Shown here piece after piece: positions 1 through 12,081 of a stretch of DNA of 64,000 nucleotides. The DNA is from Escherichia coli (lineage in GTDB: Bacteria > Pseudomonadota > Gammaproteobacteria > Enterobacterales > Enterobacteriaceae): the NCBI RefSeq assembly GCF_044324785.1, contig NZ_CP172127.1. One strand, written 5' to 3'. The notes beneath the pieces are model-generated. The model ran no database searches, was not told the DNA's origin, and was given only the letters and a program-made list of their open reading frames with translations. The position numbers and the translations under genes are program-made. Every line of letters starts with the position of its first letter. Position 1 is the stretch's first letter.

Positions 1-287
1 TAGATGTCTCTAAGGCCGGGATCAGCAAAACGTTTACTACCCGCAACCAGTTGACCAGTAACCAAAGTATTCTTATGAATCTGGTGGATGGGCCGTTCAA
101 GAAATTGATCGGTGGCTGGAAGTTTACGCCGCTGAGTCAGGAGGCGTGCCGTATCGAGTTTCATCTCGATTTTGAGTTTACCAATAAGTTGATTGAACTC
201 GCCTTTGGCCGCGTGTTTAAAGAGCTGGCGGCTAATATGGTCCAGGCTTTTACGGTTCGGGCGAAAGAGGTTTACAGTGCCAGGTAA
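1..287 (+). CDS. ratA: Ribosome-association toxin RatA (SRPBCC family), C-terminal part; gene begins upstream of the window
   Basis: Open frame from position 3 to the stop at 287; translation ends ...[12 protein letters not shown]; position immediately upstream of ratB and bamE as in E. coli. Confidence 0.8.
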   Translation, partial: DVSKAGISKTFTTRNQLTSNQSILMNLVDGPFKKLIGGWKFTPLSQEACRIEFHLDFEFTNKLIELAFGRVFKELAANMVQAFTVRAKEVYSAR

Positions 288-567
288 AATTGCCGTTGAG
301 GTGGCTTATGCGCTACCTGAGAAGCAGTACCTGCAGCGCGTGACGCTGCAGGAGGGCGCGACGGTTGAAGAAGCTATTCGCGCCAGTGGCTTGCTGGAAT
401 TGCGTACCGATATCGATTTAACTAAAAACAAAGTCGGCATTTACAGCCGTCCGGCAAAACTGAGCGATAGTGTGCATGATGGCGATCGGGTGGAGATTTA
501 TCGCCCTCTCATTGCCGATCCGAAAGAGCTGCGCAGGCAACGAGCAGAAAAATCAGCGAATAAATAA
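277..567 (+). CDS. ratB: RatB / YfjF, UPF0125 family protein (96 aa), GTG start
   Basis: GTG at 277 preceded by AAAGAGG Shine-Dalgarno; translation [22 protein letters not shown]...; overlaps ratA stop; the ORF-track TTG at 193 is probably an over-extension. Confidence 0.75.
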
Positions 568-574
568 CAGACAG

Positions 575-604
575 AAAAAAGGTGCTCATTGAGCACCTTT
601 TTTA
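575..604. terminator. Bidirectional rho-independent terminator between ratB and bamE
   Basis: AAAAAAGGTGCTCATTGAGCACCTTTTTT: perfect hairpin flanked by an A-run and a T-run. Confidence 0.8.
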
Positions 605-628
605 ACGTCTTTGAGAGCAACTTTATTA

Positions 629-970
629 TTAGTTACCACTCAGCGCAGGTTTGTTATCAATGTTGGTCAACACACCGCTACTGTTAAAGGTCAGCGTCAG
701 CGTTTGCTGCGTTACACCTTCATGACCTGGTTGCTGGCGGAAGACATAGAACCAGGTATTCGTACCAAATGGATCGGACATCAACGGTGTACCCAATGCG
801 TACGCAACTTGTTGTTGCGTCATGCCAACGCGTATTTTGGATACGTCGTTAGCGGTCAGATAATTCCCCTGGTTGATATCAGGACGGTAAACCACTCGCT
901 CCAGAGTGGAACAGCCTGCGGTCAACATCAATAGTACTGCTGCTGCAGCAGTCAGCGTTTTACAGCGCAT
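629..970 (-). CDS. bamE: Outer membrane protein assembly factor BamE (SmpA), lipoprotein
   Basis: 113 aa, signal peptide with lipobox LTAGCS, recognised sequence and position. Confidence 0.9.
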
Positions 971-1118
971 AGTGATTTGATTCCTTTTCGGGCCCGAGCA
1001 GTACGTGGCTCATCTGTAATATGCCGATGATAATAGACCTTTCATCACTTTAAAACCTTTTGCTTTCCGGTCTTACGGCGTTTTGCTGTTTACTCTGACC
1101 GTGAAGCAGGAAAAAAGT

Positions 1119-2780
1119 TTACGCCGCAAGTAGTTCTTTCGCATTCGCCAGTGTGTTACGTGTGACTTCACTGCCACCAAGCAGGCGCGCCAGCTCTTGT
1201 AACCGCGCTTTTTTATCCAGGGATTGCATATGCGTTTCTGTCATCGCACCATCGGTTTCTTTGCTGACAAAATAGTGTTGATGACCACATCCCGCGACTT
1301 GTGGCAGGTGGGTAACACACATCACCTGAGTTGATTCGCCGAGTTGACGCAGCAGTTTGCCAACAACTGCCGCTGTTGGGCCGCTAATCCCTACATCCAC
1401 TTCATCAAAAATCAGTGCCGGGGTTTCCATTTTACGCGCCGTGATGACCTGAATTGCCAGTGCGATGCGTGACAATTCACCACCGGATGCGACTTTGGCA
1501 ATAGGCTGCATTGGCTGACCTGGGTTGGTGGTCACCCGAAACTCAATACGATCAGCGCCGTCAGCGCCCAGGTGATGCTCGTCAAATTTAACATCAATCG
1601 TAAACTGCCCATGCGGCATAGAGAGTGCATGCATACTGTCGGTGATCAGCTGTGCAAGTTCTTCTGCATAGTGCTGGCGTTGCAGGTGTAATGCGTGCGC
1701 GGTTTCCAGTGCCTGCTGATGATGTTTCGTTACCGCCAGCGCGAGCGTTTCTTGTGAGTCGGCCTGATCGTCCAGTTGCTGCTGTTCTTCCAGTAGCGAC
1801 TGGTAATACTGTGGCAATGCCTCAGGGCTGACGTGATGTTTACGTGCCAGCGAAATCTGTTTTGAGATGCGCTGTTCAAGTTCAAACAGTCGGTTGGGAT
1901 CGAGATCCAGACGATCGCAGTAGTGGCGCAGTTCATCGCTGGCTTCAGCAATCTGGATGGTAGCTTCTTCCAGCATATCAAGTACGCCGGACAGTTTGCT
2001 GTCCATGCCAATCAATTCGCTCACCAGTTGTTTAGCCGTGTAAAGCTGACTTTGCAGGTTTGCGTCTTCACCGTCGGCCATTACTGCCAATGCATTCTGG
2101 CTGGTAGTCAGCAATTGACCGCTGTTCGCCAGACGTTTGTACTCTTCGTCGATTTGCTCAAACTCTCCGGGCTGCGGATTAAATTCGTTAAGTTCTTTTA
2201 ATTGGTATTGCAGCAGTTCCGCACGGGCGGCGCGTTCCTGACTTAACTGTTGATGATGCGCGAGGTCACGGCAGCTTTGATGCCACAACTGATAACGTGC
2301 GGTCATTTCCTGGAGCAGAGAGGTTTCATTGGCATAGCCATCAAGCAGGAATTTTTGGTGCTCGGGTTTGGTGAGTAACTGATGGGCGTGCTGACCATGG
2401 ATCTGAATCAACAACTGGCCCAGTTCGCGAAGTTGTGACAGAGGAACAGCTGTACCGTTGATAAAACCTCGTGAGCGACCATCGCTACTGATTACGCGAC
2501 GAAGCAAACATTCATGACCGTCTTCAAGCTGGTTTTCTTCCAGCCAGCGCAGGGCCGCTGGCGTATCTTTCAGAGAAAAACGGGCGCACAGGTCGGCACG
2601 AGCAGCGCCGGTACGCACCATGTCGGCTTCAGCGCGACCACCGAGACAAAGGCCGAGGGCATCTATTGCAATAGATTTACCCGCGCCGGTCTCGCCAGTT
2701 ATTACGGTCATGCCGCTATGAAAATCAATCTCAAGCTCACGAACGATAGCAAAGTTGCTGATGGTCAGTTGTGCCAACAT
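1119..2780 (-). CDS. recN: DNA repair protein RecN
   Basis: 553 aa, Walker [12 protein letters not shown]-like coiled coil; LexA boxes upstream. Confidence 0.95.
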   Translation of the reverse strand: MLAQLTISNFAIVRELEIDFHSGMTVITGETGAGKSIAIDALGLCLGGRAEADMVRTGAARADLCARFSLKDTPAALRWLEENQLEDGHECLLRRVISSDGRSRGFINGTAVPLSQLRELGQLLIQIHGQHAHQLLTKPEHQKFLLDGYANETSLLQEMTARYQLWHQSCRDLAHHQQLSQERAARAELLQYQLKELNEFNPQPGEFEQIDEEYKRLANSGQLLTTSQNALAVMADGEDANLQSQLYTAKQLVSELIGMDSKLSGVLDMLEEATIQIAEASDELRHYCDRLDLDPNRLFELEQRISKQISLARKHHVSPEALPQYYQSLLEEQQQLDDQADSQETLALAVTKHHQQALETAHALHLQRQHYAEELAQLITDSMHALSMPHGQFTIDVKFDEHHLGADGADRIEFRVTTNPGQPMQPIAKVASGGELSRIALAIQVITARKMETPALIFDEVDVGISGPTAAVVGKLLRQLGESTQVMCVTHLPQVAGCGHQHYFVSKETDGAMTETHMQSLDKKARLQELARLLGGSEVTRNTLANAKELLAA

Positions 2781-2806
2781 AGTTGTTTTCCTGTATGAAA
2801 AACCAT

Positions 2807-2848
2807 TACTGTTATTGTGTACAGTATAAACTGGTTTTATATACAGTA
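2807..2848 (-). promoter_or_regulatory. Two tandem LexA (SOS) boxes in the recN promoter; a third weaker half-site lies at 2791-2806
   Basis: TACTGTTATTGTGTACAGTA and AACTGGTTTTATATACAGTA match the CTGT-N8-ACAG consensus. Confidence 0.8.
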
Positions 2849-2865
2849 AAGAGGCTGGCGTAAAA

Positions 2866-3744
2866 TTAGAATAATTTTTTTGACCAGCCGAGCTTGGTGC
2901 TTAATGTATTGAAATAACTGTAATCTTTCGGATGAATCAGATTCAGATGGTAATCACAGCGACGAATCAGGACATCTTCGCCCTCCTGAATCGGCAGTGC
3001 TATCTGGCTGTCGCAACTGATTTCCAGGTCGTTACGGCGATGCGAAAAACGCAGACGGATCGTGCTGCTGCTGTTTATAACCAGTGGTCGTGCTGACAAC
3101 GTATGCGGGAACATGGGCACCAGGGTAATCGCATCCAGAGACGGTGTCAGAATCGGACCTCCCGCTGAGAGGGAATAAGCGGTGGAACCTGTTGGCGTCG
3201 AAATAATCAGGCCATCGGAACGCTGAGAAAACGCAAAGATCTCGTCGATATACACTTCGAACTCAATCATATGCGCCACTTTGCCAGGGTGAAGTACCAC
3301 TTCGTTAATCGCCGTGCTGATGCGTTTCTGGCAATCTTGCTGACAGACTTGCGCTTCCAGCAAAAAACGTTTTTCGCTGATGTAGTGGCCTTCCAGCACA
3401 TCGGCTAACTGTTGCTGGGCGTTATCGGGATCAAGGTCGGTCAGGAAACCCAGGTTGCCACGGTTGATTCCAATAACTTTAATATCGTAACGGGCGAGCG
3501 TGCGCGCCGCGCCCAGCATATTACCGTCGCCGCCAACGACAACCGCGAGATCAGCCTGTTGCCCAATCTCCGCGAGCGTGCCAGTTTTCACATTCTTCAG
3601 TTGCAGTTCGTGAGCGATTTGTTGCTCAACGATGACCTCGTAACCTTTTGTGCACAGCCAGCGGTAGAGCATTTCATGTGTTGTCAGTGCAGTGGGGTGC
3701 CGTGGGTGTCCCACAATGCCAATACACTTGAAATGATTATTCAT
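2866..3744 (-). CDS. nadK: NAD kinase
   Basis: 292 aa, GGDGN motif, recognised sequence. Confidence 0.95.
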
Positions 3745-3792
3745 TTTTCCGAGGTCCTTGTTGCGAAGATTGATGACAATGTGAGTGCTTCC

Positions 3793-3819
3793 CTTGAAAC
3801 CCTGAAACTGATCCCCATA
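3793..3819 (+). promoter_or_regulatory. Sigma-32 heat-shock promoter of grpE
   Basis: CTTGAAA, 13 nt spacer, CCCCATAA: close match to the sigma-32 consensus CTTGAAA / CCCCATnT. Confidence 0.8.
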
Positions 3820-3833
3820 ATAAGCGAAGTTAG

Positions 3834-4460
<627 letters not shown>

Positions 4461-4480
4461 TTTCTGTTTTCGTAATAATT

Positions 4481-4514
4481 CACGGCCCTGCATGCGAATG
4501 CAGGGCCGTTTTCG
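4481..4514 (+). terminator. grpE rho-independent terminator
   Basis: CACGGCCCTGCATGCGAATGCAGGGCCGTTTTCG hairpin followed by a T-run. Confidence 0.8.
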
Positions 4515-5777
4515 TTACTCCGCCACACTCTCGCGCAGCGGTTTCACAGGAAAAACTTTTACCTGCTTAATCATATTGTCCTGTACGTCGAGAATGTCGA
4601 TGTCGTACTCGCCAATACGTACACGGGTGCCCGCGACCGGGATCTCTTCCAGTGCCTCAAGAATGACGCCATTAACAGTGCGGGCATCATCTTCCGGTAG
4701 ATGCCAGTTAAAGGCTTTGTTGATTTCCCGCACGTTGGCGGTGCCATCAATAATCACTGAACCGTCGTTTTGCGGCGTGACCTCTTCGGCAAGTGTTGGC
4801 GACATGGACGTGGTGAAATCGCCGACAATCTCTTCCAGAATATCTTCAACCGTCACCAGCCCCTGAATGTCTCCATACTCGTTGACGACCAGGCCGACTT
4901 TCTTTTTGTTGCGCTGAAACTTTACCAACTGCGTGCTGAGCGGCGTACCTTCTGGCACAAAATAGATCTCGTCCGCAGCACGCAGCATCGTCTCTTTGGT
5001 GAACTCTTTTTTCTCCGACATCAACCGCCAGGCTTCACGTACTCGCAGCATACTGATGGCGTCGTCCAGCGAATCACGGTAGAGCACGATGCGCCCGTGA
5101 GGTGAGTGGGAGAGTTGGCGCAGAATCGATTTCCAGTCATCGTTGATATCAATACCGATAATTTCACTGCGCGGCACCATGATGTCATCAACGGTCATTT
5201 TTTCCAGATCGAGCACCGACAGCAGCATATCCTGATTGCGACGGGAAATTTGTGAGCGCGATTCGTGCACGATGGTGCGCAACTCTTCTTTGCTTAAAGA
5301 GCCGCTAACAACGATATCGGTTTTGATGCCCATCATGCGCATTAACATGCGGGTAATAGCGTTCAGCAACCAGACCAGCGGCATCATCAAAATTTGCAGC
5401 GGAGCCAGCAGAAAACTACTCGGATAAGCGACTTTTTCCGGGTACAGCGCGGCAATGGTTTTCGGCAATACCTCAGCAAAAACCAGTACGACAAAAGTCA
5501 GCACACCAGTCGCAATTGCCACGCCCGCATCGCCGTACAAACGCATCCCAACAATAGTGCCGAGCGCGGAGGCAAGAATATTGACCAGGTTATTGCCGAT
5601 TAACACCAGGCTAATCAGGCGGTCTGGCTTACGCAGCAATTTTTCGACGCGTTTGGCCGAGCGATTACCCTGTTTCGCCATATGTCGCAGACGATAGCGG
5701 TTGAGGGTCATCATTCCGGTTTCGGACCCGGAAAAATAGGCTGAAATGACCACCATGATGATCAGAATAATGATCAA
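4515..5777 (-). CDS. yfjD: Inner membrane protein YfjD (CorC/CNNM family: DUF21, CBS pair and CorC_HlyC domains)
   Basis: 420 aa ORF with N-terminal transmembrane segments; true start may lie slightly upstream at a non-ATG codon. Confidence 0.85.
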   Translation of the reverse strand: MIIILIIMVVISAYFSGSETGMMTLNRYRLRHMAKQGNRSAKRVEKLLRKPDRLISLVLIGNNLVNILASALGTIVGMRLYGDAGVAIATGVLTFVVLVFAEVLPKTIAALYPEKVAYPSSFLLAPLQILMMPLVWLLNAITRMLMRMMGIKTDIVVSGSLSKEELRTIVHESRSQISRRNQDMLLSVLDLEKMTVDDIMVPRSEIIGIDINDDWKSILRQLSHSPHGRIVLYRDSLDDAISMLRVREAWRLMSEKKEFTKETMLRAADEIYFVPEGTPLSTQLVKFQRNKKKVGLVVNEYGDIQGLVTVEDILEEIVGDFTTSMSPTLAEEVTPQNDGSVIIDGTANVREINKAFNWHLPEDDARTVNGVILEALEEIPVAGTRVRIGEYDIDILDVQDNMIKQVKVFPVKPLRESVAE

Positions 5778-5821
5778 CGTAGTAGTAGAAATGTGTTCCA
5801 GGGGAAACTCCTTTTCTGGGT

Positions 5822-6613
5822 TTAGCTGATTAACTGCTGGACAATTCGGCTGCCGAAGTAGGCTAGTGTCAGAATGACTGCACCCGCAACGTTAAACCAG
5901 ACGACGCGGCGTCCACGCCATCCTTCATGATAATGTCCCCACAGCAGCACAATATAGACAAACCACGCCACGATAGAGAGCACGGCCTTGTCGATATTTT
6001 CCATGCTAAATAAGTTGTGCATGTAGAACAGGCCAGTGCAAAGAGTGAGCGTTAGCAGCACCACGCCAATCTGCGTGATGTGGAACATTTTACGCTCGAT
6101 ACTCATCAATGGCGGCATTTCCTGGTTAAACGCCAGCTTCTTGTTCTTCAGTTGGTAATCAATCCACGCCAGTTGCAGCGCGTACAGGGCGGCGATAATC
6201 AGCGTGGCATAGGAAAAGAGCGATAAGCCAATGTGCACCAGCATCCCAGGCGTAGCTTCCAGATGGGTGATGTATTCATTGGGCATGAAGGTCGCCAGCG
6301 CCAGGTTGATAAGCGCAAAGGCATAGACAATGGGTAGCAGCAACCAGCCACGATTGCGAGAAGCCACAATGGTCATTACCGTACAGATCATCAAACTGAC
6401 CAATGAACCAACATTCAGCAGGCTGAGGTTTTGTCCGCTATCACCGTCGGGAAGGATGCGGGCTTCCAGAGCGATTGCGTGGCAGATCAGCGCGATGACC
6501 GCAGAAATAATAGCCATGCGCCGCCAGCCGCCGTTTTTTTGCAGCAGACCGGGAACAATCAGCGCAAGACTGACGGAGTAGGCGACAAGCGCGAGCAGAG
6601 CAAAAACGGGCAT
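5822..6613 (-). CDS. ypjD: Inner membrane protein YpjD (cytochrome c assembly CcsA-like family)
   Basis: ORF track gives 288 aa; start chosen at the internal Met (MPVFALLALVAY...) giving 263 aa; polytopic membrane protein. Confidence 0.8.
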   Translation of the reverse strand: MPVFALLALVAYSVSLALIVPGLLQKNGGWRRMAIISAVIALICHAIALEARILPDGDSGQNLSLLNVGSLVSLMICTVMTIVASRNRGWLLLPIVYAFALINLALATFMPNEYITHLEATPGMLVHIGLSLFSYATLIIAALYALQLAWIDYQLKNKKLAFNQEMPPLMSIERKMFHITQIGVVLLTLTLCTGLFYMHNLFSMENIDKAVLSIVAWFVYIVLLWGHYHEGWRGRRVVWFNVAGAVILTLAYFGSRIVQQLIS

Positions 6614-6779
6614 AGTAATGTCGACAGTTTGAGCAATAAGAAAGAGAAGCAGTATAGCGTTAGGTGAACGCTGCTCCAACCGTTGCATAACAACAAAGAC
6701 GCCTTCATGTTATACTGCGGCAAAATACTGATGATGTGTCGCGATTGCGGCCAACCGTTTCCACCCCAGGCGAGAGACA

Positions 6780-8141
6780 ATGTTTGATAATTTAACCGAT
6801 CGTTTGTCGCGCACGCTGCGCAATATCAGTGGCCGTGGACGCCTCACTGAAGACAACGTAAAAGATACGCTGCGCGAAGTGCGCATGGCGCTGCTGGAGG
6901 CGGACGTCGCTCTGCCGGTAGTGCGTGAGTTTATCAATCGCGTAAAAGAGAAAGCGGTTGGTCATGAAGTTAATAAGAGCCTGACGCCGGGGCAGGAGTT
7001 CGTCAAAATCGTCCGTAACGAACTGGTTGCGGCGATGGGCGAAGAGAACCAGACCCTGAACCTGGCTGCGCAACCGCCTGCGGTCGTGCTGATGGCGGGC
7101 CTGCAAGGTGCCGGTAAAACAACCAGCGTTGGTAAACTCGGTAAGTTCCTGCGCGAGAAGCACAAGAAGAAAGTGCTGGTGGTTTCCGCCGACGTTTATC
7201 GCCCGGCGGCAATCAAACAGCTTGAGACGCTGGCAGAGCAGGTGGGCGTTGATTTCTTCCCTTCTGATGTTGGTCAGAAGCCGGTAGATATCGTTAACGC
7301 GGCGCTGAAAGAAGCCAAACTGAAATTCTACGACGTGCTGCTGGTGGATACCGCTGGTCGTCTGCACGTTGACGAAGCGATGATGGATGAGATCAAACAA
7401 GTCCATGCGTCGATTAATCCGGTTGAAACCCTGTTTGTGGTTGACGCCATGACCGGTCAGGATGCGGCCAATACGGCAAAAGCATTCAATGAAGCGTTAC
7501 CGCTTACCGGTGTAGTGTTGACCAAAGTGGACGGCGATGCCCGCGGTGGTGCGGCGCTCTCTATTCGTCACATCACTGGCAAACCGATCAAGTTCCTCGG
7601 TGTTGGCGAGAAAACTGAGGCGCTGGAGCCGTTCCATCCGGACCGCATCGCGTCGCGTATTCTAGGCATGGGCGACGTACTGTCGCTGATCGAAGATATC
7701 GAAAGCAAAGTTGACCGCGCGCAGGCAGAGAAATTAGCCAGCAAGCTAAAAAAAGGCGACGGCTTCGATCTCAACGACTTCCTTGAGCAACTGCGCCAGA
7801 TGAAAAATATGGGCGGCATGGCCAGCTTGATGGGCAAACTGCCGGGCATGGGGCAGATCCCGGATAACGTCAAGTCACAGATGGACGATAAAGTGCTGGT
7901 GCGTATGGAAGCCATCATCAACTCGATGACGATGAAAGAGCGCGCTAAGCCAGAAATCATCAAAGGTTCGCGTAAGCGTCGTATCGCTGCCGGTTGCGGT
8001 ATGCAGGTGCAGGACGTTAACCGCCTTCTGAAGCAGTTCGACGACATGCAGCGCATGATGAAGAAAATGAAGAAGGGCGGAATGGCGAAGATGATGAGAA
8101 GCATGAAGGGTATGATGCCGCCGGGATTTCCTGGTCGCTAA
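6780..8141 (+). CDS. ffh: Signal recognition particle protein Ffh
   Basis: 453 aa, SRP54-type GTPase motifs GLQGAGKTT and DTAGR, Met-rich C-terminal domain. Confidence 0.95.
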   Translation: MFDNLTDRLSRTLRNISGRGRLTEDNVKDTLREVRMALLEADVALPVVREFINRVKEKAVGHEVNKSLTPGQEFVKIVRNELVAAMGEENQTLNLAAQPPAVVLMAGLQGAGKTTSVGKLGKFLREKHKKKVLVVSADVYRPAAIKQLETLAEQVGVDFFPSDVGQKPVDIVNAALKEAKLKFYDVLLVDTAGRLHVDEAMMDEIKQVHASINPVETLFVVDAMTGQDAANTAKAFNEALPLTGVVLTKVDGDARGGAALSIRHITGKPIKFLGVGEKTEALEPFHPDRIASRILGMGDVLSLIEDIESKVDRAQAEKLASKLKKGDGFDLNDFLEQLRQMKNMGGMASLMGKLPGMGQIPDNVKSQMDDKVLVRMEAIINSMTMKERAKPEIIKGSRKRRIAAGCGMQVQDVNRLLKQFDDMQRMMKKMKKGGMAKMMRSMKGMMPPGFPGR

Positions 8142-8199
8142 ATGACCTTATGCGACAGAGTTATTAACTGCTGATTGCATTTTCTCCAGAAATCAGTAA

Positions 8200-8526
<327 letters not shown>

Positions 8527-8544
8527 TCTGTCACGGTGGTCATG

Positions 8545-9093
8545 ATGAGCAAACAACTCACCGCGCAAGCACCTGTTGATCCCATCGTTTTGGGAAAAAT
8601 GGGTTCGTCTTACGGTATTCGTGGGTGGCTCAGAGTGTTTTCTTCCACCGAAGACGCCGAAAGCATTTTTGACTATCAGCCCTGGTTTATCCAGAAGGCG
8701 GGTCAGTGGCAGCAAGTCCAGCTGGAAAGCTGGAAGCACCACAATCAGGACATGATCATCAAGCTGAAAGGCGTTGACGATCGTGATGCGGCGAACCTGC
8801 TGACGAATTGTGAAATTGTCGTGGATTCATCGCAGCTGCCTCAGCTTGAAGAGGGTGACTACTACTGGAAAGACCTGATGGGCTGCCAGGTAGTAACCAC
8901 TGAAGGCTACGATCTCGGTAAAGTCGTCGATATGATGGAAACCGGATCTAATGACGTTCTCGTCATTAAGGCAAACCTGAAAGATGCGTTTGGTATCAAG
9001 GAACGTCTCGTACCGTTCCTCGATGGGCAGGTTATCAAGAAAGTCGATCTCACTACTCGTTCAATCGAAGTAGATTGGGATCCTGGTTTTTAA
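8545..9093 (+). CDS. rimM: Ribosome maturation factor RimM
   Basis: [20 protein letters not shown]...; start is one of the tandem ATG codons at 8542/8545. Confidence 0.9.
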
Positions 9094-9123
9094 ACCACCG
9101 GATAAACGGTAAAAGACGGCGCT

Positions 9124-9891
9124 ATGTGGATTGGCATAATTAGCCTGTTTCCTGAAATGTTCCGCGCAATTACCGATTACGGGGTAACTGGCCGGGCAGT
9201 TAAAAATGGCCTGCTGAGCATCCAGAGCTGGAGTCCTCGCGACTTCACGCATGACCGGCACCGTACTGTGGACGATCGTCCTTACGGCGGCGGACCGGGG
9301 ATGTTAATGATGGTGCAACCCTTGCGGGACGCCATTCATGCAGCAAAAGCCGCGGCGGGTGAAGGCGCAAAGGTGATTTATCTGTCACCACAGGGACGCA
9401 AGCTTGATCAAGCGGGCGTCAGCGAACTGGCAACGAATCAAAAATTGATTCTGGTGTGCGGTCGCTACGAAGGTATAGATGAGCGCGTGATCCAAACCGA
9501 AATTGACGAAGAATGGTCAATCGGCGATTACGTTCTCAGTGGTGGTGAGTTACCAGCAATGACGCTGATTGACTCCGTTTCCCGGTTTATTCCGGGAGTA
9601 CTGGGACATGAAGCTTCGGCAACGGAAGATTCCTTTGCTGAAGGATTGCTGGATTGCCCGCACTATACGCGGCCTGAGGTGTTAGAAGGGATGGAAGTTC
9701 CGTCAGTGTTACTGTCGGGCAACCATGCCGAGATACGTCGCTGGCGTTTGAAACAGTCGCTGGGCCGTACCTGGCTTAGAAGACCTGAACTTCTGGAAAA
9801 CCTGGCTCTGACTGAAGAGCAAGCAAGGTTGCTGGCGGAGTTCAAAACGGAACACGCACAACAGCAACATAAACATGATGGGATGGCGTAA
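9124..9891 (+). CDS. trmD: tRNA (guanine37-N1)-methyltransferase TrmD
   Basis: 255 aa, recognised sequence; rpsP-rimM-trmD-rplS operon order. Confidence 0.95.
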   Translation: MWIGIISLFPEMFRAITDYGVTGRAVKNGLLSIQSWSPRDFTHDRHRTVDDRPYGGGPGMLMMVQPLRDAIHAAKAAAGEGAKVIYLSPQGRKLDQAGVSELATNQKLILVCGRYEGIDERVIQTEIDEEWSIGDYVLSGGELPAMTLIDSVSRFIPGVLGHEASATEDSFAEGLLDCPHYTRPEVLEGMEVPSVLLSGNHAEIRRWRLKQSLGRTWLRRPELLENLALTEEQARLLAEFKTEHAQQQHKHDGMA

Positions 9892-9929
9892 GCCCCCGAG
9901 ATATCAGTTTACCCAGGATAAGAGATTAA

Positions 9930-10280
<351 letters not shown>

Positions 10281-10306
10281 GGTTTCGCTTAAGCGACATC
10301 CTGTTA

Positions 10307-10339
10307 AGAAGGGCTGGCCAATTGGCTGGCCCTTTTTTT
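10307..10339 (+). terminator. rplS operon terminator
   Basis: GGGCTGGCCAATTGGCTGGCCC hairpin followed by TTTTTTT. Confidence 0.75.
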
Positions 10340-10356
10340 ATCTGTTTGCTCGTGTT

Positions 10357-10839
10357 TTAAGGGGTAGTAATCACCACTGCGACGCGGCGGTTCTCGGCGC
10401 GGCCCTGGGCGGTCTTGTTACTGGCTATGGGATATTTTTTTCCTAAACCCTGTGTGGTGAGATTGCTGCGCGGAATTTGTCCACCTATAGCCCATGCATC
10501 GGCCACAACATTCGCCCGTTTCAATGATAAGGCTTCGTTGTAACTGTCTTCACCATAGTTGTCGGTGTGTCCATCCATACGGGCATGCGTTAGCCCTGTC
10601 GAGGCCAATTTGGCTGCCATGGTTTGGATCTGTTGCTGGCTTTCCGGGAGCAATTTGTAGTCATTTTTTGCGAACAGAATGGCATCTGATAAGCCCAGCG
10701 ACCAGTCGCCGGCGGATTCAGTAAATCCATAAGATTGCATAGCGGCGACTTGCTCAGGAGTAAACTTTCCCTGAGGGGACTGGCAGCCAGTCAGTATTAG
10801 TGAGGTGAAAATCAGGGGTGCTACCAGGTGCTTTATCAT
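10357..10839 (-). CDS. yfiB: OmpA-like outer membrane lipoprotein YfiB (Pal-like), activator arm of the YfiBNR module
   Basis: 160 aa, lipobox LTGCQ, C-terminal OmpA domain. Confidence 0.9.
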   Translation of the reverse strand: MIKHLVAPLIFTSLILTGCQSPQGKFTPEQVAAMQSYGFTESAGDWSLGLSDAILFAKNDYKLLPESQQQIQTMAAKLASTGLTHARMDGHTDNYGEDSYNEALSLKRANVVADAWAIGGQIPRSNLTTQGLGKKYPIASNKTAQGRAENRRVAVVITTP

Positions 10840-10854
10840 ATCGATATATCCTTG

Positions 10855-12081
10855 TTATCTCACCAGCTTTTCGGCACGCTGGTGTTTGGCCTGATACATA
10901 TTGTGATCGGCCAGCTCTTGTAATTTTTCCGCAGAAGCGTGCGCAATGGTCATTGCGTAACCAATGCTTAATGTCATGGTGGTCTGATGGCCATTATGAA
11001 GATCAAACGGGTGATTAAAGATTTGTGTCAGTGCTGAGCATATCTGCTGCACTTCAGATTCCGACTGTACATCATAGAGCACCATCGCGAATTCATCGCC
11101 GCCCAGGCGGTATGCTTTATGTCGCAGCCCGCCAAATTCAGCTAACCGTTTTGCGATTTCAATCAAGACTCTATCGCCCGTCGCATGACCCCAGGTATCA
11201 TTGATATATTTGAAATTATCGCCATCAAGAAATAGTAACGCCGACGTTTTTCGGGCATCGGAATTGTTCATCAACGTGTTGATGCCGCTACGAAACGCTG
11301 CGCGGTTAGCCAGCCCGGTTAATGGGTCATGTAGCGCGGTACGTAGAAGCTGCGCATTTTTGGCCTGTAAACGAAGCTGCCACTCTTCCATTTCATCCAG
11401 CAGACTGTTGAAGTCGAGTGCGAAGCGGTGAAACTCAGCGATACGTTCTTCCGAAACTCGCCGGGAAAAATTGCGGTTGGAACGTACGTCATGCACGACA
11501 TCGGTGATATTTTTCAATGCTTCCACCAGACCATTGTGCAAATGACGGGTGAGGGTAATTGCGATGCCTGATGCCAGCAGAATACAACCGGTCAGTACGG
11601 CGAGCGAAAACCAGATAAAATGGCTGATTGAACTGTCGCGAGCGGTTAAGCGTACTTCGCCAATGGTTTCACCATTGTGACGAATCGGCTGAATGATGGG
11701 GGCAGGGAAGAGCCAGTGGCTTATGAAATTACTGAAAGTATCGCCTGGATCCTTACGGGTGTAATGCCAGGATGCCAGAATATTTTGCTGCTTATCACGC
11801 ACTTCTGCAGTTGAAAATTGCCCTTGCTGCCCCAGCGCTGCCAGTGTTTCAGTTGCTGCAGGGCCATCGGCAAAAACGACCGCTGCTTCCAGACTGTAAG
11901 TCATTGTTGCTGCTGTCAGTGCCAGGTTTTTTTGCGCGTACTGTTTCAGGGTCAGCACCGAGGTCACGGAAAGCAGCAACCAGATCAGCATCATAGTGAT
12001 AAATATGCTGGTCATACTGATGTTGCGTAATGCTCTTTTAAACGTGGGGCGCTTATTAAGAGAATTATCGTTATCCATCAT
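10855..12081 (-). CDS. dgcN: Diguanylate cyclase DgcN (YfiN): periplasmic sensor, HAMP and GGDEF domains
   Basis: 408 aa, membrane N-terminus and GGDEF domain with RLGGDEF active-site motif. Confidence 0.9.

Noticed and set aside
6792-7406. 204-aa minus-strand ORF inside ffh
   Set aside because: Antisense to the highly conserved ffh GTPase domain; spurious.
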